From the IMG/VR virus record IMGVR_UViG_3300031998_000010: a DNA stretch of 64,000 nt, one strand, 5' to 3'. Origin of the DNA: a virus. Taxonomy: Duplodnaviria > Caudoviricetes. Both the position numbers and the translations under genes were made by a program. Below the pieces are notes generated by a model. It was not told the origin of the DNA. It did not search any database and saw only the letters and a list, made by a program, of their open reading frames with translations. Below are positions 1-9,645 of this stretch, one piece after another. Positions within the stretch are counted from its first letter, which is position 1, and each line of letters opens with the position of its first letter.

Positions 1-783
1 TACGGCATTATAGCCGTATCTGCAAGCAGTAAGACAATTAAAGCAACTTTCTGTTATAACAACAGATTTTGCACCTTTTGGGAGTTCATATAATCCATAA
101 ACAGATTTTGCTTTTCCACTATCCATAAAGAAGAATTTTCCTTTTATACTTCTTCTGCAAAATCCGAGAGTATGTCCTTCTATATCACGAATAGGAAATG
201 TTATACAAGGGATAGGATTCTTCTTTCCTTGAGGTCTGAAATTTGCATCATATCCTACGTCATACTTATTGATTATCTCATCAGTGAGTTTTCTTTCATA
301 CATGTAAGGAACAATCAATCTGTAAGATGCAAGCTCTTTTTCACTGACATATTCAGGAGTTGTATTCATTTTAGATTGAATGTAATTTATAGCATATTTA
401 TTTACTATTTCGGAAGATAATTCAGGTGGAATTAGATAATCGAAGTCAGATTCATCATAATTGAATCCAGGAACATTTTCTTTAAGCCATTCTAGTCCTG
501 AACGAGTAATGTTCTTGTCTTTGAGTAAGTCAGTTACTACATCCGGTAACATCTTGCGATAGCCGCAAGCAAAACAATGACACCATCCTGCAGGAGTTAC
601 TTTACCATCTCTTACTTCGTCACGAAGTAGTATACCACAAGAAGGCCTTTTATCTTCTCCCCCAACATGGCCCGCTTTATTAGGACAGTGAATCTGATAA
701 TAATTACCTACAGGTTTAACTAACTGTAGCATTCCAAAGCTTTCTAGAACCTTTAATGTACTTCTTATCTGTTCTTCAGTCAT
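1..783 (-). CDS. dnaG: DNA primase (CHC2 zinc finger plus start of TOPRIM), truncated by the window edge
   Basis: Hand translation, not in the ORF track: MTEEQ..HCPI..H..DKRPSC..WCHCFACG..ITFPIRD..G..GFCRR..YGL..VVITES. GGAG RBS; next to dnaB. Confidence 0.85.
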   Translation of the reverse strand, partial: MTEEQIRSTLKVLESFGMLQLVKPVGNYYQIHCPNKAGHVGGEDKRPSCGILLRDEVRDGKVTPAGWCHCFACGYRKMLPDVVTDLLKDKNITRSGLEWLKENVPGFNYDESDFDYLIPPELSSEIVNKYAINYIQSKMNTTPEYVSEKELASYRLIVPYMYERKLTDEIINKYDVGYDANFRPQGKKNPIPCITFPIRDIEGHTLGFCRRSIKGKFFFMDSGKAKSVYGLYELPKGAKSVVITESCFNCLTACRYGYNAV

Positions 784-952
784 TTGATTCTCCAAATACT
801 TCGGGAGCATATGTTACTTTACAATATGCAATTCCAACAGGACCTACTACAAGTTTACGAAAGAATATACATCCCTCACAATTCTTATGCTTCTTGCAGT
901 AAGCAAATACTTTATCTAAACAATCGCTAACTTCTTTCTCTTCAGGAGTCAT
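776..952 (-). CDS. small Cys-rich hypothetical protein (58 aa)
   Basis: MTPEEKEVSDCLDKVFAYCKKHKNCEGCIF...; ATGA overlap with the upstream ORF and overlaps the primase start. Confidence 0.6.
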   Translation of the reverse strand: MTPEEKEVSDCLDKVFAYCKKHKNCEGCIFFRKLVVGPVGIAYCKVTYAPEVFGESND

Positions 953-1296
953 CCTTTATACCAATTGTTTCTATCAAATTGAGTTTGAGGATAGGAAGTA
1001 GTTATCTTCAATTCCCCATCAACAATATCACACTCGTGCACCACGAATTGATTTGCATTATTGACAAGTGACAAATCTACAACCTGAGAAATTGATAATG
1101 AGATAGTATCAATATCTTTTCTTTGAATAAAGTTTGTTAACCAATCAACAGCATTTTCAACAGACTCAAAATCATGAATAGCTGAAGGACAATCAGGATT
1201 GCCATCATATACAATGTAAGGCAAATTAGTGTCACTATGAATTCCTACAAATCTTCGATTATTGTAGAATTTATTAATAGGCTGAATAATAAACAT
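949..1296 (-). CDS. hypothetical protein (start moved to MFIIQ)
   Basis: AAGGAGGTGA RBS and class A motif precede the ATG at 1296. Confidence 0.7.
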   Translation of the reverse strand: MFIIQPINKFYNNRRFVGIHSDTNLPYIVYDGNPDCPSAIHDFESVENAVDWLTNFIQRKDIDTISLSISQVVDLSLVNNANQFVVHECDIVDGELKITTSYPQTQFDRNNWYKG

Positions 1297-1322
1297 ATAC
1301 TCACCTCCTTGACACTTTATAT

Positions 1323-1329
1323 AACGATT
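1323..1329 (-). promoter_or_regulatory. class A motif AATCGTT(A), putative phage promoter
   Basis: AATCGTTATATAAAGTGTCAAGGAGG upstream of ATG 1296. Confidence 0.7.
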
Positions 1330-1333
1330 CTGA

Positions 1334-2686
1334 TTAGAACTCAAGGCCTGAATCGTCATCGTCTGTGAGGTCAAGTCCTTGAATGATATCAGGAACAGGG
1401 CCAGTCGAAGGAGTAAGCTCTGAAGTATTGATTTCAGGAGTAGTTATCATCGGGTCTTCATCTGCTCCACCCGGAAGATACTGCATGTTACCATTATTTA
1501 CATCCCAAGAATAAGACAAAGTATTATTCTCGTTTAAGGCCATTCTAGATTTCTCAAGTCTTATTTCAAATACATGTTTGTCAAATATCTGGCGAATTGC
1601 ATATACCTGAGTGGCAATCTGACCTATTGCATCTGAACCTGCTATATTATAGATAGTAGGGAAGGGCACGCCTTTATCATCTTTAGATTCTTTAGTTTCT
1701 CTATTAGCCTGCGCCGCTAATACTACAGCACAACCATATTTCTTACTTAATTGAAATAAATCATGACAGATATTTCCATATTTCTCATGGTCACTAAATC
1801 CCTTTCGGTCATCTACCATGTATGAAATACCGTCTATAAGAAGTATCTGAATATTATGTTTCTTTACAAATGATGAAAGATGTCTCGGAGATACACCCTC
1901 AGGCATATCTTTATCCTCAATTATGTAGAAATCTGCATTAGTTTCTTCAGGAAGTTTCTTTAAGTAGTCGATGTATTCTTGAGAATATTGACCGGTGAAT
2001 ATTTTACTATTCTGATGATGTCCTCTCCAAGTATCAACTCTTGTAGCCAAATATGCGGCCTGCATTTCTGGAGAATAATATGCTACATTAAATCCGGCTC
2101 TATTAGCAGCCTCGCCAATCCTTGTTAAGCACCAGGACTTACCTACATTTGAACGACCTACGAATACAAGTAATTCCTCTACTGTAGAAAGACCACCATA
2201 ACTGAGTTTATCTAACTCGGCAAAACCTGTAGGAATTCTTTTTTGCTTTGACCATTCTATGACCTGGTCACTTCTTTCTTGAGCCTGCTTGATAATATTC
2301 ATAGGAGCTACATCTGTTAAAGAATCAGCAGCATCTAATTGCTGTGCTACAAACTCCCAAGCTACGTCAACATCAGCAGAACCCATATCTGTCAACTTAT
2401 TGAACATATTCAAGAATAAGATATGACGCTTATTCTTCTTTATTTCAGTTACTAAGTAATCAAGAGGTTCATCTACAGCTACAACTTGGAATTTAGGAAA
2501 TTCTGCAGAAAATGTAAATCTATCAGGGACAACATTATACTTATCCCTGTGGTCCAGGATAAACTTTATTTCTTCCTTACAAGCTTCGTAGTAACTTTCG
2601 TCAAAACTACAAAGCTCATCTACCAATGCTTCATCATTGGAGGTAAGTATTTTTGAAATAACCTGTAACTCAATTGAACCTGTCAT
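1334..2686 (-). CDS. dnaB: replicative DnaB-family helicase
   Basis: IPTGFAELD, Walker A GRSNVGKS, SPEM, Walker B ILLIDG, AAQANR, GSDAIGQIA, KSR. Confidence 0.9.
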   Translation of the reverse strand: MTGSIELQVISKILTSNDEALVDELCSFDESYYEACKEEIKFILDHRDKYNVVPDRFTFSAEFPKFQVVAVDEPLDYLVTEIKKNKRHILFLNMFNKLTDMGSADVDVAWEFVAQQLDAADSLTDVAPMNIIKQAQERSDQVIEWSKQKRIPTGFAELDKLSYGGLSTVEELLVFVGRSNVGKSWCLTRIGEAANRAGFNVAYYSPEMQAAYLATRVDTWRGHHQNSKIFTGQYSQEYIDYLKKLPEETNADFYIIEDKDMPEGVSPRHLSSFVKKHNIQILLIDGISYMVDDRKGFSDHEKYGNICHDLFQLSKKYGCAVVLAAQANRETKESKDDKGVPFPTIYNIAGSDAIGQIATQVYAIRQIFDKHVFEIRLEKSRMALNENNTLSYSWDVNNGNMQYLPGGADEDPMITTPEINTSELTPSTGPVPDIIQGLDLTDDDDSGLEF

Positions 2687-2695
2687 TATAAATTA

Positions 2696-3286
2696 TCACT
2701 TCTGAACAGAATTTGTCATCATATTCTTTAACTGACCAAAGAAAATACCATCACCGGCAAGAGATTTTATTTGAGGAGATACAATGATTGTACTTAATCC
2801 ATTTGCGTCTCTATTCTGTAAAAGAGACAACAGCGTCTGACATTGGAACTCCTTGAAATTTACATAATCTATATTTGAGATAATGAGCAATTTTGCAGTT
2901 TCAGCCCATATCTTAATGTATTCAACCTCTTCAGTCATTCCTTTTGTATTCCAACTTTTCTGAATACCGTCAAGATATTGAGAAAATCTGAGGTTGTAAA
3001 CACTCATGTGTAACCTACTATGCTTCCAATGTTTACATATACCACAATATGTTAATAGCTCAGAAGATTCATTTGTATTATTTGCTATTACTGTTATTAA
3101 TCTCTTCTCTTCTGAATTATTAACAATGTCGATATACTTTTGGAGCATTTTAGGGTCTGCATGAAATACATTACTCTTTAACGAGATATTATTCTTTTCA
3201 AGCAAATAAGAAGACTGAACATAATCAGGACAAGCTTTATCACATTCGCCGTTTACACAAAAACCTGTGAAGATACAATCATGCAT
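2696..3286 (-). CDS. DnaC/IstB-like helicase loader (degenerate)
   Basis: N-terminal Cys cluster, LLIISNID Walker-B-like segment, LLQNR..NGLSTIIVS motif, adjacent to dnaB; no canonical Walker A. Confidence 0.55.
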   Translation of the reverse strand: MHDCIFTGFCVNGECDKACPDYVQSSYLLEKNNISLKSNVFHADPKMLQKYIDIVNNSEEKRLITVIANNTNESSELLTYCGICKHWKHSRLHMSVYNLRFSQYLDGIQKSWNTKGMTEEVEYIKIWAETAKLLIISNIDYVNFKEFQCQTLLSLLQNRDANGLSTIIVSPQIKSLAGDGIFFGQLKNMMTNSVQK

Positions 3287-4478
3287 TCTGCTGTAACCTC
3301 CTGATTACTGGATTTCTTGATTGCTTAAAAGCAACACGACTCTTTACACACTGCCTTGCAATATCAATAGGATTATATCCTCTCTTTATATATTCCTCTG
3401 CAGGCATTACAAGAGTTAAGAAAGGATGTAACTCACCATACAAAGGATATTTGAAATAGACATTTCCGATATCTCTATCTAGGAGATACTTTCTTACTAG
3501 ATATTCTTTAACATATTCTGCTTGGCGAGGTATCTGCTTTGAAATCTCTAACGAGTCCCAAATATCCATTGTTGGAACTAATTCGCCGTTTATTTCAATC
3601 CAACCATAGAAACTAGGAAAATCTGTGTTGCTCTGTAGACCTTTCTGATGACGAGCTAACTTATACAAATGTGGATATTCAATTATGCACTTAAGTACCT
3701 GCTCCCTTGTATAGCCTTCGATTGGAATGATATTTCCAAACTGCTCATCTTTGTCTAATCCAATATCTTCATACATTGCTTGAGCACGAGTTTGAATAAA
3801 ATGATTAGGAAATAAATTCAATAAATCACTATCTGACATCTTATTGACATCAGTTGTAGCAGAAATATCTCTTTGTCTCTGTGGAATCTCCGGCAATGTT
3901 GTATAGACTACAAGTTTGTCTACTCCGTCCATTCCTTGCATGAATGGTTTATTATAATCAAATTGAGGAACTTCAGGTGCCTGTAAGTACAAATCGAGCG
4001 GGTCTGTTGGCTTGATAGAATAATCAACAGAAGGAGCTGCATCTACAGGAGTAAATTTAGGTTTTGCTACTTCTATTATATTCTTGACAGGCTCTTTCTT
4101 TACAGGCTTACTTGCATATACAGAATCATCGGGCTCTTCTACTACCTTTAAATCCCAATCAATAGCATCAACTGTAAGGTAAATTTCACCTAATACCCTC
4201 TTAATATCATCTTCATCAATGTCTGTTGGCATATTCACGAAAGGATTCTGAGGAGACCAATCAAACGGAAGAGGTTCAGATGAATATACTGCATAAGTTA
4301 TAATGTTGATAATTTTAACAACCTGTTCCTTATACTTTGCAGTTCCTTGATAATGCTTTACTACATACGTGATTACTGAAGAATGCATTGAAGACAAAGT
4401 GCCTTTATACGATTTCTTCACTTGATAATTTTCTGAAATGTTTGTGAATTTAATCTTATGCTTGTTGGAGTATAACAT
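3279..4478 (-). CDS. hypothetical protein (replication operon)
   Basis: 399-aa ORF with overlapping start/stop junctions on both sides. Confidence 0.8.
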   Translation of the reverse strand: MLYSNKHKIKFTNISENYQVKKSYKGTLSSMHSSVITYVVKHYQGTAKYKEQVVKIINIITYAVYSSEPLPFDWSPQNPFVNMPTDIDEDDIKRVLGEIYLTVDAIDWDLKVVEEPDDSVYASKPVKKEPVKNIIEVAKPKFTPVDAAPSVDYSIKPTDPLDLYLQAPEVPQFDYNKPFMQGMDGVDKLVVYTTLPEIPQRQRDISATTDVNKMSDSDLLNLFPNHFIQTRAQAMYEDIGLDKDEQFGNIIPIEGYTREQVLKCIIEYPHLYKLARHQKGLQSNTDFPSFYGWIEINGELVPTMDIWDSLEISKQIPRQAEYVKEYLVRKYLLDRDIGNVYFKYPLYGELHPFLTLVMPAEEYIKRGYNPIDIARQCVKSRVAFKQSRNPVIRRLQQNA

Positions 4479-5347
4479 TAGATGTTACCTCCTTTTGCTG
4501 TTGATGTAAATTCTAATGTTTCAAGTAAATTGTTCTGATTATTTACTCTTGTTCTAATTGCACCAGTAAGTGCAGGATTATTTGTTCTTACAAGAGATAC
4601 AACATCATTTTCATCAATATTACTAGATAACGAATAGTAACATTTTTCAATCAATAAATCAGAAATTAATACTGCCGACAATGTAAAACATTCTCGCTTA
4701 TCTGACTTACAAGTATTGTAGACACAATAGGGAACCCTATATATGTTATGTGAGTCTTCTTGAACATCTTTGCACCATGAATTAAACTCTTGCTGAAGGT
4801 CATATACTTTGCCTTGTTCAAAGTAGTACCCATATGTTATGATTATCTGTGAAATCCATAAAGGAATTTGATTAATATTATATCTGAAATCTGAATTACT
4901 GTTCTTTGGAAATCTTGTTTGAAACCATTGATTAATTAAACATGCACATTGATTAATTTCTTCATAACCAAAATCGACATTAGTTCCGGTTTGCAAAATT
5001 GTACTATATTTAAGTATTGACGCAGAATTATACTGTTGACCTGATGTATGTAAGTCATCAAAATTCTCCGGACTCCTGACCTTTGAATACTTGATATCAT
5101 CATCTGCCGGCTTACTAAGTTCGTCAAACTCAGTATCATCGGAGGATAAAAGTGTTTCAGATTCTATGAATTTATTGATTTTGTCTAAACACTGCATTAG
5201 AAGTTCTGCTAATTTCTTATACCTGAGGATAGTTTTCTTATACACCTTAGGCTTTTCTTTCAACATCTTATCAAGATGAGCAAGGATTTTCTTAGCAGCA
5301 ACTTCGGAAGGATATATTTCTAAGTACTTTAATTTTTCTTTTTGCAC
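4478..5347 (-). CDS. hypothetical protein
   Basis: 289-aa ORF, GTG start with GGGAGG RBS. Confidence 0.8.
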   Translation of the reverse strand: MQKEKLKYLEIYPSEVAAKKILAHLDKMLKEKPKVYKKTILRYKKLAELLMQCLDKINKFIESETLLSSDDTEFDELSKPADDDIKYSKVRSPENFDDLHTSGQQYNSASILKYSTILQTGTNVDFGYEEINQCACLINQWFQTRFPKNSNSDFRYNINQIPLWISQIIITYGYYFEQGKVYDLQQEFNSWCKDVQEDSHNIYRVPYCVYNTCKSDKRECFTLSAVLISDLLIEKCYYSLSSNIDENDVVSLVRTNNPALTGAIRTRVNNQNNLLETLEFTSTAKGGNI

Positions 5348-5378
5348 TGTTTACCTCCCGATATTTGTTTTGATATGT

Positions 5379-5385
5379 AACGATT
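5379..5385 (-). promoter_or_regulatory. class A motif AATCGTT(A)
   Basis: Heads the replication operon, directly downstream of a terminator. Confidence 0.7.
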
Positions 5386-5395
5386 TGTAGTAGTG

Positions 5396-5486
5396 TAAAA
5401 ATACCGCTACCGGCTCCACTTAAGATAGATAATATGAATGATACCGCAAACATATCAAATATCAAAAATGGAGTCGGCAGCGGTAT
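5396..5486 (-). terminator. large-loop intrinsic terminator or structured RNA
   Basis: 18-nt arms at 5401-5418 and 5469-5486, 50-nt loop, U-tract on the minus strand. Confidence 0.6.
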
Positions 5487-5582
5487 CTGCACAAGTGAAC
5501 TTATCCTTATGATATAATGGAAATGTTGAAAAATAAATAGTAGAACTTAATGAAAAATAAATTATTTTTAAGTGATTCTCAT

Positions 5583-5921
5583 TTAATCATCTATTCCGTA
5601 GTAATGCTCAGAACTGACATTAGGAATGAACCAAATATCAAGAGTGTTATCTGCCTCATTCCACTCGGCACTAATGAATACACCTGACTTTTCACTAGGA
5701 TTCTTTGCCCATTCTCTAGCGTCAAATGTATCAACAGCAACAAGCTCGTGATAATGCCTTTCGACTTCTTCGTCCTCACAAGTAACTACATTAACTTCAA
5801 TATTACTAGGAATTTCTCCTTCAAAAATATAGTCATCAATATCTTCTATGATAGAAGAAATATGAATGCAATCATTTTCATACCTGTTGTTGATTATTTT
5901 AACTAACTCCTGAATTGTCAT
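5583..5921 (-). CDS. hypothetical acidic protein
   Basis: 112 aa, AAGGAGG RBS. Confidence 0.75.
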   Translation of the reverse strand: MTIQELVKIINNRYENDCIHISSIIEDIDDYIFEGEIPSNIEVNVVTCEDEEVERHYHELVAVDTFDAREWAKNPSEKSGVFISAEWNEADNTLDIWFIPNVSSEHYYGIDD

Positions 5922-5957
5922 ACTATCTTCCTCCTTAGCAATATTTACACTATATCT

Positions 5958-5964
5958 AACGATT
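5958..5964 (-). promoter_or_regulatory. class A motif AATCGTT(A)
   Basis: Upstream of ATG 5921. Confidence 0.7.
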
Positions 5965-6530
5965 CACAGGGTACATATACTGCCGGTCAAGGGGACGAAT
6001 GTTGTAGAGCAAGAAATTTCAAAGAGCGAAGCAGCGAGGCGAGCGGGCAATCAATATATAATAATTTAATTAAAAAACGAAAATAAGAATGAAATTAATT
6101 TATAACTTAATTAATTTATATTTCTTATATTTCTTTATATCTCAATTGATATATCTATATATCGGCAACTTCTTGAAATAATTCCTGAATCTTTATTATA
6201 CTATAGTGAAAATTAATAGTCCTACAAGTTGACAAATCTTATCAATTCTGAAATATCTACTGAATTGATTGAAAATATAATCATTTATTTAGATATTGTA
6301 TCAATCTTGAAATAATTTGAAGATTTAATGTAGGTAAATATAAATTTTCTTTTATATGTTGATGTAGTGTAACATTACGATTTCTTTACGGTCTCATCTC
6401 GATGAAATTAAATCTAAAAAATTTAAAAGAAATTTTCTATATTTCTAATGAAATTTACTTTTATTTTTCTAATGTTTATATATAATCTAATTATATCAAT
6501 ATTTTTCAAATCCCTTCCCAGTAACTTAAA
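5965..6530. other. long AT-rich divergent intergenic region, candidate replication origin or control region
   Basis: Largest noncoding gap, extremely AT-rich, CTTGAAATAATT present twice, beside the replication genes and the divergent strand switch. Confidence 0.4.
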
Positions 6531-6557
6531 TTGATGCATGAGAGGTGTACTGTGTTT

Positions 6558-7433
6558 ATGGATTATCCTTCTGCCTATCCTACGAAATTGCCGAAGTTAT
6601 CTGAAGATGCTTCTAAGAAAGAAAAGAATGATTGGATAAAATTGAGGACCTTGGAGCTATATAGTTTCTTACCTCAGACTACTCTTGAAGAAAGAGATTC
6701 TTATAGAGACATCAGAGATGAAATTATATGTATTAATGAAAGTTTCTTTTGGTATGTGGCAAGATTAAAGATACCTGTAAGTAAATATGTAAGTATAGAA
6801 GATAAATATCAGTCCGCAATATGCAGTTTTATGACCAACTGTTTGTGGGCTAAATTTATGTTTAAACCTGAAGTAACAGATTCAAAGAACAGAAGATATC
6901 GTGATGATTTGGCTTTCACTAGTTTCTTTAAGCCCCGACTCACAGAGTGTATTGAAAGAGAATTATTTGATGTTAAATGGTCACTTCGTCGTTCATTATG
7001 TATCAAGGCAGGCGAACAGTTAGGAAAGAAAGGCACTGAGGTTGTTTATGAAGATTTAGTGAATGTTCACCTTCCTCCCGAAGAAATGGAAGCATTGATG
7101 TCAATATTCTGCACTACTAATACTGCAGATGTAAATGATATTTCACTTTATAAGCCGGCAAGTACTATTGTAGAAGACAGAATTGAAGAAATGTATAATG
7201 ACGAATATGATTCTGTCGAAGATTTATTAGTCCACGAAATGCTTGAAAGAGAGGCTAAACTTGAAGATTCATTCTTACTTAAGATGTCAGAAATGTATGG
7301 AATTCCCTTCAATGAATTAGTAGAAGCTAGACCTGGAGCTGAAGAAAAATTAAGGAGACAGCTCGAAGAAGCAATTAGTGTACAAGATGCATTTTCATTT
7401 AGCGATGAGTATTATTCCGAACTTGATGACTGA
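6558..7433 (+). CDS. phage sigma70-family RNA polymerase sigma factor-like protein
   Basis: Region-2-like RDEIICINESFFWYVAR..IEDKYQSA..KF..FTSFFKPRLTECIERE; region-4-like MSEMYGIP..AEEKLRRQL; GAGAGGT RBS; TATAAT at 6481. Confidence 0.65.
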   Translation: MDYPSAYPTKLPKLSEDASKKEKNDWIKLRTLELYSFLPQTTLEERDSYRDIRDEIICINESFFWYVARLKIPVSKYVSIEDKYQSAICSFMTNCLWAKFMFKPEVTDSKNRRYRDDLAFTSFFKPRLTECIERELFDVKWSLRRSLCIKAGEQLGKKGTEVVYEDLVNVHLPPEEMEALMSIFCTTNTADVNDISLYKPASTIVEDRIEEMYNDEYDSVEDLLVHEMLEREAKLEDSFLLKMSEMYGIPFNELVEARPGAEEKLRRQLEEAISVQDAFSFSDEYYSELDD

Positions 7434-7443
7434 AACCATAAAT

Positions 7444-7471
7444 ATGCGGCCTTTTTGATTCAAGACCGCAT
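7444..7471. terminator. hairpin between convergent genes
   Basis: ATGCGGCCTT / AAGACCGCAT inverted repeat. Confidence 0.5.
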
Positions 7472-7555
7472 TAATCAGATAATACCAACTATATTCAAAT
7501 TAGAGATACATAAAATCTCAAAGGGCTAACTTAAGTTATCAGGTATCAAATCCCC

Positions 7556-7852
7556 TTAATCTTTTGTCTCTTCGTCATATTGAGAAATATGATTCTGATG
7601 AACCTTAAGGGCATCCTGATAGTTATTGTAACTCACTCCGTCAACCCAATAAATATCAGAACTAGGATTCATGATGTCGTCATACTGAACATAGCAAATG
7701 CTACCAGGGTAGTCAATTGATTTCTTCTGGGCTAACTTTTCAGCTTCTTCATCTGAAATCTTGAGCCAATCATTATGTAGAACACGACCATTGTCAAATT
7801 CTTCAGTCCTAGCGATTCTTTTGTATGCTGACGATTTAATATAGATTTTCAT
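7556..7852 (-). CDS. hypothetical protein with MKIYIKSS leader
   Basis: 98-aa ORF, ATGA-coupled. Confidence 0.75.
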   Translation of the reverse strand: MKIYIKSSAYKRIARTEEFDNGRVLHNDWLKISDEEAEKLAQKKSIDYPGSICYVQYDDIMNPSSDIYWVDGVSYNNYQDALKVHQNHISQYDEETKD

Positions 7853-8268
7853 AAATCAACCACTTCTCCTTCAAAATAGTAGCCTGTATCTAATCCGTTC
7901 GTTGCATTGTATACTGCACCATCAGTATCAATTAATCTGGGAGCTGACATTGTGTCGTCGTTTTTATCATAAATTCTAAGATAAACACCAGATACTTCGA
8001 CAAATTCATAACCATAGTCTTTTGCTACATCAATAAAAGCCTCATCATTGAGATACTGAAGTAACTGGTCCATATCATCAAGTACCTGCTTACCATTGTT
8101 GAATTCTTGTAACCATCCCTGTTTATCACTATAATCAGGATTGATATAATCGTAAATTGCTACAGGATATAAATTCCAAACGACATAAGGCCCGCTAAAT
8201 CCATAAGATACTTCTAACCTATGTGGATTTGCAAAATATACAATGTTGTCAGATTTTAATAGTTTCAT
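7849..8268 (-). CDS. hypothetical protein
   Basis: 139 aa, GAGGAG RBS. Confidence 0.75.
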   Translation of the reverse strand: MKLLKSDNIVYFANPHRLEVSYGFSGPYVVWNLYPVAIYDYINPDYSDKQGWLQEFNNGKQVLDDMDQLLQYLNDEAFIDVAKDYGYEFVEVSGVYLRIYDKNDDTMSAPRLIDTDGAVYNATNGLDTGYYFEGEVVDL

Positions 8269-8280
8269 GTATGTGTCTCC

Positions 8281-8763
8281 TCAATATTCTTCATCGCCGT
8301 AGTCTTCGTTATAGTCCTCATCTTCGTACCAATCATCCTCTTCCTCTTCTTCATCATAATCTCTGAATTCAAAAGGACCATCACAATCATAAATACTTCC
8401 TTGCTTTTCTGCAAATGTGTTCAAATACTTCAGATAATCAGCATTTAAGAATTTATCTGCAAGAGGACGAAGGATTAAATCTTCATAATCGCTTTCGGTA
8501 TTAGCCTTTTCAATTCTATCAAGAATTTCTTGAGATTCAGGAATATATCTATATAACCAGTTGGCATAACTTGAGAGGTCATTTGCCCAGCCTTCTAATC
8601 CATAAGTATTATCATATACATCACCGTCGTTGTACCATTTATATACAAGTTTAGTGATAGCAGTTACTGCTTGATTAGCTAATGTATCACCTTCACCATA
8701 GTCAGGAAGGAATGTGTCCATTATATCTTCAAACTTATCAAAATAATTCCAATCTGTAGCCAT
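8281..8763 (-). CDS. hypothetical acidic protein
   Basis: 160 aa, D/E-rich tail, AAGGAG RBS. Confidence 0.75.
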   Translation of the reverse strand: MATDWNYFDKFEDIMDTFLPDYGEGDTLANQAVTAITKLVYKWYNDGDVYDNTYGLEGWANDLSSYANWLYRYIPESQEILDRIEKANTESDYEDLILRPLADKFLNADYLKYLNTFAEKQGSIYDCDGPFEFRDYDEEEEEDDWYEDEDYNEDYGDEEY

Positions 8764-8775
8764 GAATATTTCTCC

Positions 8776-9003
8776 TTAGTTAAAATCGATTAGTTTTCTT
8801 ATATCTGAAATTTCAAGAGCTTCTGCTATAGTAGATAGATGTTGAAGATTGATTCCTGACCGGCAACCTCTACAGATTTCACTTATAGTGGATTCTCTGA
8901 TTCCTGTCATATGTGCCAATTCTTTCTGAGAAATTCCTCTTTCTTTGAGGACATCTCTTATTTTAACTTTGATGCTAGGTTTTGTGGAACAATATATTTT
9001 CAT
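8776..9003 (-). CDS. Cro/C1-type HTH transcriptional regulator
   Basis: IRDVLKERGISQKELAHMTGIRESTISEIC..INLQHLSTIAEALEI. Confidence 0.85.
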   Translation of the reverse strand: MKIYCSTKPSIKVKIRDVLKERGISQKELAHMTGIRESTISEICRGCRSGINLQHLSTIAEALEISDIRKLIDFN

Positions 9004-9012
9004 ACTATATCC

Positions 9013-9645
9013 TCAAATTCCGTTAGGAAGATGAGTTCTCTTATCTCCTGTTAATTTTGCATATTTTGCTACATTTCTAATATATTGCCAAAAGAAATGT
9101 CCCTTACTTGGGGCTGCTACGAATTTCTGCCAAATCTTTGTAGGAATATCATAGTATATGTAAATATCATCAGGGCCTCCATTAGCTCCTTTGAATTGAA
9201 TCAACATATCACCTTTGTTATAATCTTTAGGTTGAAATGCATAGCTCCACAAATTAGAAGACTTTACTCTGATTAATTTCTTAATGAAATCCTTTGTAGA
9301 GAAATTAGATTTAGCAAAAATAGGTTTGCCTTTGATTAATTCACTAGACTCAATTTCAACTAATTCTACTGCTTCTAGTCCATATGTATTGAGTATTCTT
9401 TCTACTGTATCAATAAATTCTATTGTAGAATCACAATAAGTTTCATTTAAGAATTTTTCATTTTCATACAATGTTACTGTGATTGTATCAGGAGATAATT
9501 CACAGTAAATATTTATCACCTTAGATTCATCAGGAATTTTATCTGTTCTTCGATAAAAGTTCATTTCAATAGGCTCAAAGCCTAACATAGTGAGAGCCTC
9601 AATTGTATCTAAATAAAATGATTTAGAATTTTGTGAGGTCTGCAT
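9013..9645 (-). CDS. KTSC-domain protein
   Basis: C-terminal VKSSNLWSYAF..IQFKG..YIYYDIP..FVAAPSKGHFFWQYIR; GGGAGG RBS before MQTSQ. Confidence 0.75.
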   Translation of the reverse strand: MQTSQNSKSFYLDTIEALTMLGFEPIEMNFYRRTDKIPDESKVINIYCELSPDTITVTLYENEKFLNETYCDSTIEFIDTVERILNTYGLEAVELVEIESSELIKGKPIFAKSNFSTKDFIKKLIRVKSSNLWSYAFQPKDYNKGDMLIQFKGANGGPDDIYIYYDIPTKIWQKFVAAPSKGHFFWQYIRNVAKYAKLTGDKRTHLPNGI

